Origin: Elsinoe ampelina
Lineage: Eukaryota
Direction: 5' to 3'
Assembly: GCA_010093995.1 (NCBI GenBank)
Contig: ML992502.1
Coordinates: 570,738-632,816, forward strand
DNA length: 62,079 nucleotides
Position numbers and translations under genes: made by a program. Under the pieces are notes generated by a model. That model saw nothing but the letters and a program-made list of their open reading frames with translations, was not told the DNA's origin and did no database searches. Shown one piece after another: positions 1-11,368 of this stretch; the stretch's first letter is position 1; every line of letters begins with the position of its first letter.

Positions 1-219
1 ATTTAGTTTATCCCCTAGTGGAACTAAACACTTATCTACTACTCTACTAATTTATAATTAAATTAGATAGTTATTGTCTTAATCTGTTGCTATTAAGAAG
101 TTCTTTTGATTTAGCTATCTTTTAGTACACCAGGTTGAGTATTTATGTAGTTACAATCCATCTCAGTTTGGTGGATCAGGCAGTAATTAATCCTTTTTCC
201 TCCCCCACACAAGTCAACA
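1..219 (+). mobile_element. Partial Ty1/copia LTR (3' end of an LTR), RIP-mutated, truncated by the window edge
   Basis: AT-rich, ends in ...AAGTCAACA at 219. Its reverse complement aligns end to end with 61226-61444, differing mostly by transitions of the CpA>TpA / TpG>TpA type. Confidence 0.85.
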
Positions 220-789
220 TCCGAAATCGGCCGATACGTAATCTTCGGAAATTCCAGGGTGCACAGGGCAGCTCGCCATCGTTCTGGACAATGCATACGC
301 TTCCACTTCCTTCCCTATTCACACTTTGTCGGTGCTCTGTGCTGACCAAGAACCTACATCATTGACCAAAGTCATTCGACGGGGCTAGACCGCTGGACGA
401 AATGGGACCACAGAACTTCTGCCTTGCCTACTGGACGCGAAGGATGATAAGCATCCGGCAGATGCGCGCCAGAGGAAGAAGTGTGTGCTTGACACAGACG
501 GCTCCTCAAGAACACGGACGATCTGTGGTTCATCCAAAGCTTGCCTGACAGCTTCCCTGTGATAATGCACGGCCATCGCACTTTAGCGCCAGTCCAGCGA
601 GATACGAGATTAAGTCTGACGGCCTGTGACGTTTACTGAACAAAAACATCGCCTCAAGTGCCGCTAGACCGACGACATGGGGAGCTAAGCGGGCTAACCC
701 CAGAAGCAGAGGTAGGCAAGAGAGAGCTCATCCGCAGGTATTTCACATTTTCTTCTTGACTTTCATCTGTCCTCACCCTCGTAAACACC

Positions 790-2547
790 ATGGCGGAAGT
801 AAATGGTGCTCCTGCTGTCAAGGGCGTTGACCATCACGGTGAGGAGACTGTAAAGACCAATGCTGGTCTGCCACTGCGGACAGATGTCCCTCAACCCAAC
901 TTCACCGAGGAACGTGAGGGATGGAAAGGCTACATTGAATGGGAGGTGCGTGCTAGAAGACCGCCAAGTCTTGACCAGTACTCATCCCACGCCGTAGAAA
1001 TATCCTGAAAAGGCAAAGAAGGCAGAGCAGATTCTAGCCAAGTATGACTTTCCTCCACCTCCGGAATACCAGTCGGGACCGTTGCCCAAGACCAACCCTA
1101 TCCTGGAAGGCGTAAGATGGAAGCAGTACCATGCCGCCACTGGACTTGGACAACTTGTGGACATCAGCTGGGACTATGTCAAGAAGGAGAAATCCGAAGA
1201 CATGATCCACGTTCTACAATTCCCCTACAATGGCGAACCACCAAGGGTAAGCATACCATCCCCCCTCACCATCCTCCACTGACCTTCCTCAGCGCCGCCT
1301 TGTCGAAACCGAATTGACCTCCAACAAAGACTTCTTCGTCCGCAACCACGGCGGCGTCCCCGAGATCGACCCATCCGCCTACTTCCTCGACATCGAAGGC
1401 CTCGTCAAATCCCCCAAACGCCTCACCCTCTCCGACCTCAAAAACGAATCCCTCTTCCCCCGCAAATCCCACGTCGTCTCCCTCCAATGCTCCGGCACCC
1501 GCCGCATCGAGCAAATCGCCCAATACCCCGGCGACGGGGACGAGCTGATCAACGCCCCCTGGGGCGAAGGCGCCATCGGCACCGCGCGGTGGACCGGCGT
1601 CTCGCTCAAAAAAATCATCAAGCACTGCGGCGGCCTCGTCGACGAACAAGACGTGCACCTCGAGTTCTACGGCGCGGACACGTACTTCAAAAAGGGCAAA
1701 GTGTACAACTACGTCGTGTCCGTGCCGTGGCGCAAGGTGTCCCGCAACGAAGTCCTCCTCGCCTGGGCCATGAACGGGCAAGACCTGCCTCGCATCCATG
1801 GCTTCCCGCTCCGTACCGTGGTGTTTGGGTATATCGGCGCGAGGAGCGTCAAGTGGCTCACGCGCATCAAGGCGATTCGTGGGCCGAGTCAGGCGCCCGT
1901 GCAGAAGAAGGAGTATCTCTACTATACCCCGCAGGTGGGGAAGCAGAACGCGATGTACAGCAATGGGTTCAGCATCCAGGATATGCCGGTGAGTTCGGCG
2001 ATTATGACGCCGGTGGATGGGGAGCAGATTGTGCATGATGGGAAGATTACGCTGAGGGGTTGGGCGTATAGTGGTGGGGGCCACTTTCCGGCCAGGGTGG
2101 AGGTGAGTGGTGATGGGGGGAATATTTGGTATGAAGTCCCGCCGGAGAAGATGACGACAAAGTATTACTATGCGTGGAGGCTGTGGGAGATTGATCTGCC
2201 TGTTGATGCGGAGGGGTGGTTGGAGTTTTGTGTGAGGTGCTGGGATGATGCGATCAATACTCAGCCGACGTTTGTGAGGAGTGCATGGTGAGTTTTATCG
2301 AAGTGATGAAAGGGAGATGCTGACTGCTTGTAGGAATTGGGATCTGCATGTCACTTCCTCGTGTCATCGCATCAAGGTGTATTCGATGAACACCCAGAAG
2401 CAGACTACCGCGAACCGAATCAAGTTCTTGCAGGAAAAGGGTTTGTCCATGTACCCGCTATCGAGGCCCTTGGAGGTGGACCTGGAGTCGGATGAGCACT
2501 ACGAGCAGGAGATGGCAAAGCGAGGCCCGAGGGACCCGATCGAGTGA
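790..2547 (+). CDS. Sulfite oxidase-family molybdopterin oxidoreductase (Mo-cofactor + dimerisation domains, no b5 heme domain seen)
   Basis: Motifs FFVRNHG, LQCSGTRR (Mo-ligating Cys), HGFPLR, IGARSVKWL, GWAYSGGG. GT-AG introns 946-997, 1247-1292 and 2288-2333 join the ORF pieces in frame. Confidence 0.9.
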
Positions 2548-2645
2548 GCGTAGTTTCCGGTGCTGGGGTGTCATGAAATTCATTAGATGCTATATACACA
2601 CATACCCAATTCTCTTGTCATTCTTCATTCTACATGCACATCCTC

Positions 2646-4217
2646 TCACCCAACAAACGTCCCATTTCCCAGCACACTCCCCTGCCTCGCCACCCTCTGC
2701 GCCCTTAATTCACCCCCATTGAATTGCTGCACCACTACAGGACTCCCATCCACCATCCAGCCCCCCAACATGCCCCCGTCAACCTTTGCAAATGTCAAGA
2801 ACCCCCCATCCGCACTCCCCGGCGGCGCCGCCGTCGACGACGCCATCTTCAACGACCCATCCTCCCCCTCGAAGAAGACATACTGCACATTGGCTCCAGC
2901 ATCACCAACCGCAGAAATCGCCGTGCCCTTCGCGACCGCATTCCCCAACCGCCCCTCCCTCGTGGCACCCCACCCGCCCGTGCGTCCGTTGTTGGGGAGA
3001 TACCTATGCACCACCCCTCCCGACGTCGAGTTCCTATACCACACACTCGTCCACACCCCGGCGTCCCCGCTCGGCCCTGCCTCCTCCCAGCTGACACCAC
3101 ACCCCACCCCTGCCCCCGCTTCCGCGCCCCGGAAAACCTGCCCTTGCTCCCACCTTTCCCCTACGCCGCGCCGGTTCTGGTCCCAGAAGAGTTCTTGCAT
3201 CCACCCCTGGCTTTGGGCGAAGTAGAGCCTGGCGCCGAAAAAGTCGCCGGAAGGAGAGAAGCTAAACGGCACTGCGCACAGGGCGGAGGAAGTGGGGAAG
3301 AGCGTCATGTCGGATTGGGCGGGGGAGACGAGGGATGGGGCGGACCAGGTTTTCCCGGCGTCGGTGGTGAAGATTTGGGAGATGAGGAGGGAGGGGGTGG
3401 TGTAGAAGATGTGGCGGTAGGTGGTGGCGTTGGTGGTGTAGGTTATTGCGGAGAGGGGGGTGCCTGGGGCGGAGGAGGGGATGGGGAGGGCGGTGAGGCT
3501 GGACAGGGTGTAGGTTTCGGTGGAGGAGAGGAGGGACGAGACAGGGATGGAGGCTTCGAGGATGGTGGTGTTGGGATGTTGGTAGTAGAGGAGGAGGGTT
3601 TGGTTGTCCGGTGTGGTGGTGGTGGCCATGCCGGTGCGGTCGATGGAGAGGAGGGGAGAGGAAGAGTTGGTGTTTGGGGAGGTGTTGGTTGAGTTGGTGC
3701 TGTCGGCTGTGTCGTTTGCGTCGTGGTCGCTGCTTGGTGTCAGGTGGGTTGACGCGGAGAGGCCTGCAACTTACCTAGACTTGTTGAGCTGTGTTCCGAG
3801 CACGCCCCCGAGTACCGCACCAATCACTATCAGTAGTACGACACCTATTATGATGACTAGCTTCTTCGTGCGCCTGCTCTTTCGTGGTTGAGTGGCCCCG
3901 CCAACGTCGCTGGGTGGTCCATACTGGCCGCTGTGGGAAGGAGGATAGCCTTGAGATGGATATGGGGAGGCTGCGTCTGAATAGTAAGGAGCATAGGTCA
4001 CCACTTCTGGTGCATCATTCCGCTCGCTTGGAGCTACGATCTTCTGCTCCCCATCATGGTTCTGCGGAGACTTGACGGGTATGAAACCGGGATCTACCAG
4101 AGGTCCCTTGGTATCTGAAAATTGGTATGCTTCTTTGGTGGAAGCTCTGTCGTCGTCCTGTGCGTATGGCGGTTTGGGTGTTTGCGGACTCGATGTCGAG
4201 TAGGTTGAGGAATCCAT
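2646..4217 (-). CDS. Single-pass membrane protein with C-terminal fungal fucose-specific-lectin-like beta-propeller
   Basis: Exon 1 (4217-3775) encodes a cytosolic tail and TM helix (KKLVIIIGVVLLIVIGAVLGGVLG). Intron 3774-3730 (GTAAGT..CTGAC..CAG) joins it in frame (509 codons total) to the 327-aa ORF with propeller-blade-like repeats (GTPLSAITY/RHIFY, ARLYF, GTAISAV). Confidence 0.7.
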
Positions 4218-4896
4218 GTGTTCGAGTTGGCTCTAGCAGCAGCCGAAAAGTCGATCACACCAGGTTACACATGGTCCATCCGGCGTACCGAGGCTGATCG
4301 AGTCGCAATTGAACTGGGTATCACAGGATTCAGAGGGTAGGAATGAAAGGAATCCAGCACTCAAAGATTGAGGGCTCAGCTTACTGGGTAAATCTCCACC
4401 GTAATATATGGCTAATGCCATTGGAGTTGCGAGCTTAGGCACAAAAGCGGCTCATGGTAGGTGAAACTCTCACGGCGTCCAGTCAGTCCCGGGAGCCGTC
4501 CACCCATGAAAGGTATCTAGAGATACAGGGTATTCGAGCCATTCCATCTATGATTGGTGGTAGGGCTGCGCATAGCATAGTTAGCTGGGCTTAGCGCATC
4601 CATGCCAGGCACAGATTTTGGTGGGATCTGCGCTGAGGAGCAGTTTCCTTCCGTGCTCACTATTTCCGCCAGATTAGAGGACAGCCGGGGCTGATTCTGT
4701 CGACCAATACATATACCAGGGCGACAGGCAGACTAGTAGTAGCTGTGAGGCGAGGAATCATGCAGCGTTGAATTGAGAAGAAGAGACGTTGAGATCTTCG
4801 TTGCAAAAGAAAGCTTGTCGCTCGAGATCTGCAACGTCTCCACGTGCTTGAGCTTAAATTACCTTTGGAGGACTTCAGTCATACATTGATTGCATA

Positions 4897-7215
4897 CTAA
4901 GCCATCCTCTCTTCATCTCGTCTCGGAGCCCAATTCTCAAGCCAGCTCCGTCCCTTCTCCAAGTCTCCTCCCTCTGCTTCGAGAGCAGCAACACACCATT
5001 CAAAGCTATACCCTTTCTTACCAAGCCTCTGCTCCGATTCCCTTTCAATCATGACCGCCCGCTCCCTTCGCCTTTGCGCCGACTCATCGACGCAGAAATG
5101 CAACGGGCTTGCACTCTCGGCGATTGCTCCTTCCACCCACGGCTTGGCCATTGGTATGGCCGTCTTTGCACTGCTGCCTTCATCTGGTAAGCCAGCGTTC
5201 TTGCGCCCCGTCTTGCAGAACTCGTTCGCGCACCAGGATTTGCCGCAACCAGTCATGAGTTGCTGCAGGTAACGACGTTCGATGCGCCGCTTCAGTGCTT
5301 TGCCTTCTGGGTCATGCATAGTGACGTAGAGGGGAGCGAAGCAGGCACTGCAGAGTCCGGTATCGTTACCGGTGTCTTTGCCGGTACGAGTGCTCCCGGA
5401 ATGGTTGGCTCCGTCTAGCGTATTGCCGCAATTGATATTCCTGCACACTCGCGGACGTGGTCGTGATTTGCGGTCTAGATCGTGCTGTTTCAAATGTGTC
5501 GCCATGTCGCGTAGACGTGTGATCCGATTGCAAAGATGACATTCGGTCGTTCGTCCACCATCAGCCAACTCGTGTGGCGTGAGACCGGAGAGAAGAGCTT
5601 CAGGGTTGGGCTCGTCGGGATCACCCTCTTGAGGTACCGTCAGATGACAGAAACGGCACAGTATCAGTTTGCCAGGGCATGTGGTGGTATGATGTTGCGC
5701 CAGAAGTGGTATCGAGCTGAATGTGTGTGTTGTAGAGCACCGCGTACACGAAAGAGGCTCTGAAGGATGGTAGAGAGAGTCGTGCTTGTGGCGCGTAAGA
5801 GGACTGTTGCCATAGTAAGTGTCGTGAGGGCAGTGCCAGTGTTCCTGAAACTCGTCCGATCGCCTTTGAAAAACCTGCCCACAACCCTGAGGGCAAAGTA
5901 CATTATTGCGAAGGCAAAAGTTCTCGTGTAGCATGAGAGTCCTTCCCGGTACCCACTGACCACAATTCTTGCAGCGGACATCGCCTTCATTGGGAGGCGC
6001 CTCATCTTGCATGACGACATCGACCGCTTCACTGGTTTCCAGGGGTCTTGCCCGAAGTGTGAAGGGCTGTGGTTCCGTAGATTGCGACGTATCGTCATCT
6101 GCCGACTTGAAGGCATATACAGACACGTAGAGTGCTTCAGCGTTCTCCAATGCAACGTTGATGGGCTGGAGCTTCACTCGTTTCGAGGGTCGATCTTCCC
6201 AGTCCGCAAAGACATAATTGTCGGCTCTTGGTCGGGATCGCTGGTACGCAGAGAAGGGACTGATCAGTAGATCAAGATCACTACCATCAGAAGGTCGGCT
6301 CAATTCAATCTCCAGTGGCTGGTCCTTTGGCCACGATGAGAGCTGGTAATCCACGTATTCCCCAGGAAGCACTTGCCCGGATTGCTGCTTGAAGATATCC
6401 AGATCGCCGCCTTTTGAGCTACTACTTTCGCCAGATGCGCCATTTTGATACTTGGCAGCTATGCGCTTCACCGTCTCCCGAGCTTGCTCTTCGTTCAGGG
6501 CCTCGATGTCCACCTCCAAATCCGTGTCCACCACGCAGATTGCCTCACTGTCAGGCTTGAATTCGTCGACCAAGAACCGAAATAGCTCGATCTTTTGACC
6601 CAGTGCACCTTCACCAGGTACTTCAAGGATCTCTCCTTTTGTCAGTGTGGTGAAGTTCGCTCGCATGTGCTGTCCAAGGAGTGCTTTCCAGTCCTCGACA
6701 TCATAGCCAGCTTCCAGAGGCCGTAGTTTGACGAAAGTGCCCTTGTCAAGCTCTCTGAAGTGGACCGTCACCGGTTCGCTCTGGTTTCCTGCCTCAGTCC
6801 CATCCTCGGACAATTGCTTGCCATCCCTCCCTAGCTCTTTCAGACCCAGTGCTTGGTGCAAGAATGGGCTTAGGACAATGGTCCCCTCTTCAGCAGTGAA
6901 TTCTCTGATTCCGGCATACACGACACTACCAGTCGCTGGGTTGATCAGTCGGAATGTGAGTGGTTGCGGTAGCTGTTGCTGCTGCTGTTGTGCCTGCGCA
7001 TTTTGAAGGTATGAGTTGTAGGCGCGACGATTCCACGGGTCATAAGTAGGCGCTGGTTCTGCGGAGGATGCTGCGGCACTGGCAGATGCGGATAGAAGTT
7101 GTTCAAGAGCTGAAGGGGGCAATATGATCTTGTCACCGGAGAGCTTGGTGCTTGACTCTAGAGGCAACGCATGGTATTGAGCCGTCCATTTTAATGCGGT
7201 TGCTTGGGTGGCCAT
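4897..7215 (-). CDS. UFD1-like domain protein with Cys/His zinc-finger repeats and AZUL-like zinc module
   Basis: N-terminal GDKIILPPSAL..PLTFRL..GIREF..KGTFVKLRP (UFD1 fold); CxxC..H..C repeats; QLMTGCGKSWCANEFC (AZUL-like); intronless 772 aa. Confidence 0.8.
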   Translation of the reverse strand: MATQATALKWTAQYHALPLESSTKLSGDKIILPPSALEQLLSASASAAASSAEPAPTYDPWNRRAYNSYLQNAQAQQQQQQLPQPLTFRLINPATGSVVYAGIREFTAEEGTIVLSPFLHQALGLKELGRDGKQLSEDGTEAGNQSEPVTVHFRELDKGTFVKLRPLEAGYDVEDWKALLGQHMRANFTTLTKGEILEVPGEGALGQKIELFRFLVDEFKPDSEAICVVDTDLEVDIEALNEEQARETVKRIAAKYQNGASGESSSSKGGDLDIFKQQSGQVLPGEYVDYQLSSWPKDQPLEIELSRPSDGSDLDLLISPFSAYQRSRPRADNYVFADWEDRPSKRVKLQPINVALENAEALYVSVYAFKSADDDTSQSTEPQPFTLRARPLETSEAVDVVMQDEAPPNEGDVRCKNCGQWVPGRTLMLHENFCLRNNVLCPQGCGQVFQRRSDEFQEHWHCPHDTYYGNSPLTRHKHDSLYHPSEPLSCTRCSTTHTFSSIPLLAQHHTTTCPGKLILCRFCHLTVPQEGDPDEPNPEALLSGLTPHELADGGRTTECHLCNRITRLRDMATHLKQHDLDRKSRPRPRVCRNINCGNTLDGANHSGSTRTGKDTGNDTGLCSACFAPLYVTMHDPEGKALKRRIERRYLQQLMTGCGKSWCANEFCKTGRKNAGLPDEGSSAKTAIPMAKPWVEGAIAESASPLHFCVDESAQRRRERAVMIERESEQRLGKKGYSFEWCVAALEAEGGDLEKGRSWLENWAPRRDEERMA

Positions 7216-7843
7216 GCGACAGACTGTGAGAAAATTGTGGGCGACAGATGTGATGAGTTGTGGAAGTCATCATGAAGTCTGACCGGACAAGAAAATGATG
7301 TACAGGCACATGTCTAAAAGACGAGTGGTTACGTGATCGATAAATGGTTTCTGGAAGCATCTGAGCTACTGTCCGCCGTTCGGCCGACATCGCTTCGCCG
7401 ATACTCGTCCGCATACTACCAGCAGTGCAGGCCCCGGTTGCGGTCCGTCTATATTGCGAGCATAGGTACCATTTGATTCTGTTGTACATCACGCCGCGGA
7501 ATACCAACTGTATACCTTTCTTTTCGAAGCTTGTTGCGGCTTTCCACTCCAGATCCTCGATACCACGCGACCCTAGATTGAGGGTATCATGAGAGTAGCG
7601 AGTATTGCCAAAGTATTCGAAACAGATCCCAAACTCCTCGCTATGCATCGCTCCAGATGAAATATGCCCGCTGCCTTGAGTGCCTGCGATGCTCCGGTGC
7701 TGCCATGTGTACCACCCAGCGCATTGTGGTTTGTAGCGCCCGGGTGCAGTCCCCAATGGTTCGAGTGTGTTATTATCCTCAGCTCTCCGTGCTGAATACG
7801 CCATGCCGATTTCATCGCGTTTGACCTGCATCTCAATCAGAGA

Positions 7844-8304
7844 CTATCGGTCTTGGTAAACTTTTGGCTTCCAACCCTCTTGTAGCTCGGCCTCCCTCGC
7901 CGCTGCTTCTTGCGCTTTCCGCGCTTCCATTTCTATCCGCTCCCGCGCTCGCAGCACTTTACTTTGCAAGTAGAAGCTCCCTCCCTTCTTCGGATCGTTG
8001 AGGTCATATAAGCGTTTGAAGCGATCCACGACTTGTTCCATGTTCGCTTGACCTCCCTTTGGCGGGCTGACGTTCAGGATCTTGCATGCTTCCTCAAGCG
8101 CTAGGCCGCCAGATGCTGCAGTATTCGATGCCGAGCCTCCGCCATTTGCGGCCTGATATTTCGAGGTTTGGGATGCGTGTCGGTATGCTTCGGCGAAGGC
8201 ACGTCCGAAGACTCGAGCTCCAGTAACAAAGACTTGAGTTATTATTCGGTGAGCCTGTGACAAGTCAGAGATAGTACGGAGGATATCTCCGGCGCTCTTA
8301 CCAT
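7844..8304 (-). CDS. PAM16: Mitochondrial import motor subunit Pam16/Tim16
   Basis: AHRIITQVFVTGARVFGRAFAEAYR, EACKILNV, GGSFYLQSKVLRARERI. ATG at 8304-8302 is followed directly by intron 8301-8255 (GTAAGA..CTGAC..CAG). Confidence 0.93.
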
Positions 8305-8632
8305 ATTGATCAGCAACGCGATCTTGTTGTACTGTCAAATACGGACACGAAGAGGTCGTGGAACGGACGACAACTTTTTTTGCCGGCCAGCAGCGCTATG
8401 CAGATTTCGATCACCGTATTCTTGAATGCTCCCGACTCCGATCACATGCCATGGACGATTCATCCCCACAATTTGCTGTTCCCTCATACCAAGTCTATCT
8501 GTCTGCCTTGCTTTTGAGCGCTTTGGCATGGCTCTGAGGACAGATTGATGCCGTCCTTTCACCTTCTCTCTTAATCGCCTGGACATATCGTGTGGACTCT
8601 GCTCTCGCCATGGGCCAAGACATCCCAAGCTA

Positions 8633-10660
8633 ATGGCCGCTTTTGGTACGATGCATCATACTTCTCGGCAGACAAGTCTGGTCAGATACTAATATCATGG
8701 CATAGATACCCCTTGGATGACACTAATGACTGACCCTTCGTCTTCCGCACAAGGCGGTCTGGATGGAAATGACTCCCGTGCTCCTCAAACGACTGCTGCC
8801 TTCTCACCGCATACACACAACTCGGCGCGACAACAACGATCAACCATCTTATTGCACCAGAAGTCGCCTCTCCTTCTTGCGACACCACCTCAAGTAACGA
8901 GGGCATTGGCGTATAGTCATGCATTTCTGATACCTCTGAACAAGTTTGTCGGGTTGCTATCATGGACAACAGGGGATCCGTGGGAGAGCTTCCTCCTAGT
9001 CGCGTCGTTCTGGTTCACAGTACTATACGGCGATGTGATATTACGATATGCTGGACCACTCATTCTGGTCGTCTTCCTAATACTGGGCATGTACTTCCGG
9101 CGGTATTCTCCACTTTCATCAACTGGTTGGACAGGCGAGAAGAGCAAGACGCATAAACGTTCAGGTTCGGATAGTCCGGTGGAACATCGCAAATCACTGG
9201 ATGAGATATTGGCCACGCTGCAGGCTTTCACAGGGAGGTGCAACATCCTACTTGCCCCTATGATTCAGATGACCGACTTCCTGTCAACTCAACAGACCGC
9301 AACCTCCGCGACTACCCGACCTGCTCTCACCACTCTCTTCATCCGTATCCTTTTCGCATCTCCCTTGTGGTGTCTCCTGACTTTGCCACCACTACGCATA
9401 ATCACAGCCAAGCGGATAGTGTTCGCCGCTGGGACTCTGGTTCTATCATGGCATTCTAGACCAGCGCGAATCTCGAGAGCCATCTTGTGGCGGTCGCGTA
9501 CCGTTCGGGAGCTGGCATCCCTGCTCACTGGCCTAAATTTCTCTCTCGAGTCTCCTACAACGCCACGAACTACGGCATTTCCTGCATCCAACCTGACTGC
9601 TCTGAATGCCATGAAGTCCAAGTCACAAAACATACGGTTCACCTTTTCTGTGTATGAGAATCAACGTCGGTGGATCGGACTTGGTTGGACGTCAAATATG
9701 GTTGCCTACGAGCGAGCACCTTGGACGGACGAGCACTTGAACCCAACTTCGCCGCCGGACAAATTCCAACTTCCTGACATTGAAGGCGGTCATGCTAAAT
9801 GGCAATGGGTGCCTAGTTCGCAGTGGCGCGTGGAGCTTCCGACTGCCCCTTCTCCATCAGCCAAGGACAGCAACGTCAAAATCACAGACGATGACGCCTG
9901 GGTCTACTACGACAACAAATGGCTCAATGGAACCCGCGGCCAAGACGGATGGAGCAAATACACGAGACGGCGAAAATGGATCCGCGACGCCGAACTCGTC
10001 GACATCTCCTCCTCGGCCTATAATTCCAACCCAGCAAGCCCTGACCACCCCGCCACCGCCCCAGGCAACAGCCGCGACGGTAACCCACCCAAACGCGCCA
10101 CACCCCTCGACTTCTCCCAGTCCGACCCCAATGCCAATCCGACCCCAGCCCTTCCCAGCGCCCGGTCCCACCACCGCACCAACCTCTCCGTTGACGACGC
10201 CTCCCACCCCGACGCCCTCCACTTAGCAGGCACCACCGGCTCCGACGCCGCGAGCTTCATGTCCTCTCCACCTGGCTCCGCCCGATCAGGCCGCGCCTGG
10301 TTTGGCCGCAACAGAGGCGAATCCGATACGCTCTCCGTCGCTAGCACATCGGAAGGTCGCGTACGGGATAAACTCCGCCGCTTGTCCCCCGCGAGGAAGA
10401 TCGAAGACGTGAAAGGCCGGCTAAGGGGTGCAAGCGCTAGTAGCGTCACGCTCGGCGGGAGTCATGGCCACAGCCAGGCAGACTGGGAGGGTAAGGAGAG
10501 TGTGCGCAGCGCGAGGAGTGGCGGGAGTGGGGAGAGTGGGATGAGTGAAAGGGATAAGCGGCGGGATGAAGGGACTGATGTGTGGACTCCGACGGAAAGG
10601 TTGAAAGAACGACATGCGGATTGGGGGCTGGGGGAGGATGTTAGTATGGAGCTTGGGTAG
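8633..10660 (+). CDS. Pex23/Pex30-family peroxin (reticulon-like + DysF domain)
   Basis: LLSWT..PWESFL, YENQRRWIGLGW, WVYYDNKW..WSKYTRRRKWIRDAELV (DysF). Start inferred from exon 8633-8645 and intron 8646-8705, giving MAAFDTPWMTL. Confidence 0.85.
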
Positions 10661-11047
10661 GGAGCGTGTTTGTTTTTCTGACTTTTGCTAGCGATGAAGT
10701 GGGTTTTTGGATTGATATAGCGAGGCGCTTTGGGTGGGGTTCATTGGCACTGTTGATGTCACTGTCACGAAAGGGCGGGGCAGGCACGACGGCAGGGTGG
10801 AGGAATGAGTGGGTTTGGCTTAGATGTATGAATGAATGTTATCCACACTTCCACATTCCCTCTTTGAGCAATATCTCGTTGTCGAACGGTAGAATTGAAA
10901 GCGACGAATGGAGGGTCCAGTCTGGTGTTGTGCGTCAAGAAGAGTATCCCCTATCCATCATGTCCATCCCGGTTTGCCCACGGGCGAGTGATCTATCCTT
11001 GTCAATACCCCTTCGTCGAGGACGGATCTGAGGGCAGGAAGGCGTAC

Positions 11048-11113
11048 TTAGCAAGAGCAAGACCCAGAAGGGCACGAGCAGTTGTCGTTGGAGCAAGATC
11101 CGCAGCCACCCAT
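11048..11113 (-). CDS. Small fungal metallothionein-like peptide, 21 aa (MGGCGSCSNDNCSCPSGSCSC)
   Basis: 6 Cys in CxxC/CxC pattern, Gly/Ser-rich, no aromatic residues; CATCATG start context; TATAA on the minus strand at 11245-11241. Confidence 0.75.
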   Translation of the reverse strand: MGGCGSCSNDNCSCPSGSCSC

Positions 11114-11255
11114 GATGAAGTAGGTTGTTGGTTGGATTGGGGATTGTTGAAGTTTGCAGTGGTAGTGATAGACCGTAGTGATACAGTAGTATTGTAAGGC
11201 TCGATAGGAGAGCAGAACTAACGAGGAGATGCAGAGATACTTATACCCCTCTCCC

Positions 11256-11285
11256 TCACCTTCACCTTCACCTTCACCTTCACCC
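11256..11285. repeat. (TCACCT)5 microsatellite just upstream of the metallothionein TATA box
   Basis: Direct reading: tcacct tcacct tcacct tcacct tcacc. Confidence 0.85.
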
Positions 11286-11368
11286 CTCAACCCCCACCTC
11301 TTACCCAAGGTCCCAAGCTCGACCTCCCAGCCTACCTGACTGGCTCACTCGGACCCACACCAACACCT

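Noticed and set aside
1266..3692. Long overlapping or antisense ORFs (e.g. 1266-2084, 2724-3692; similarly 22960-23745, 28734-29390, 31024-31656, 48413-49438)
   Set aside because: Shadows of real genes, favoured by GC-rich skewed codon usage; Pro/His-then-Gly/Val composition mirrors the skew islands.
7133..7831. 232-aa ORF between the UFD1-like gene and PAM16
   Set aside because: No recognisable motif, overlaps the UFD1-like start and lies in promoter/3'-UTR space.
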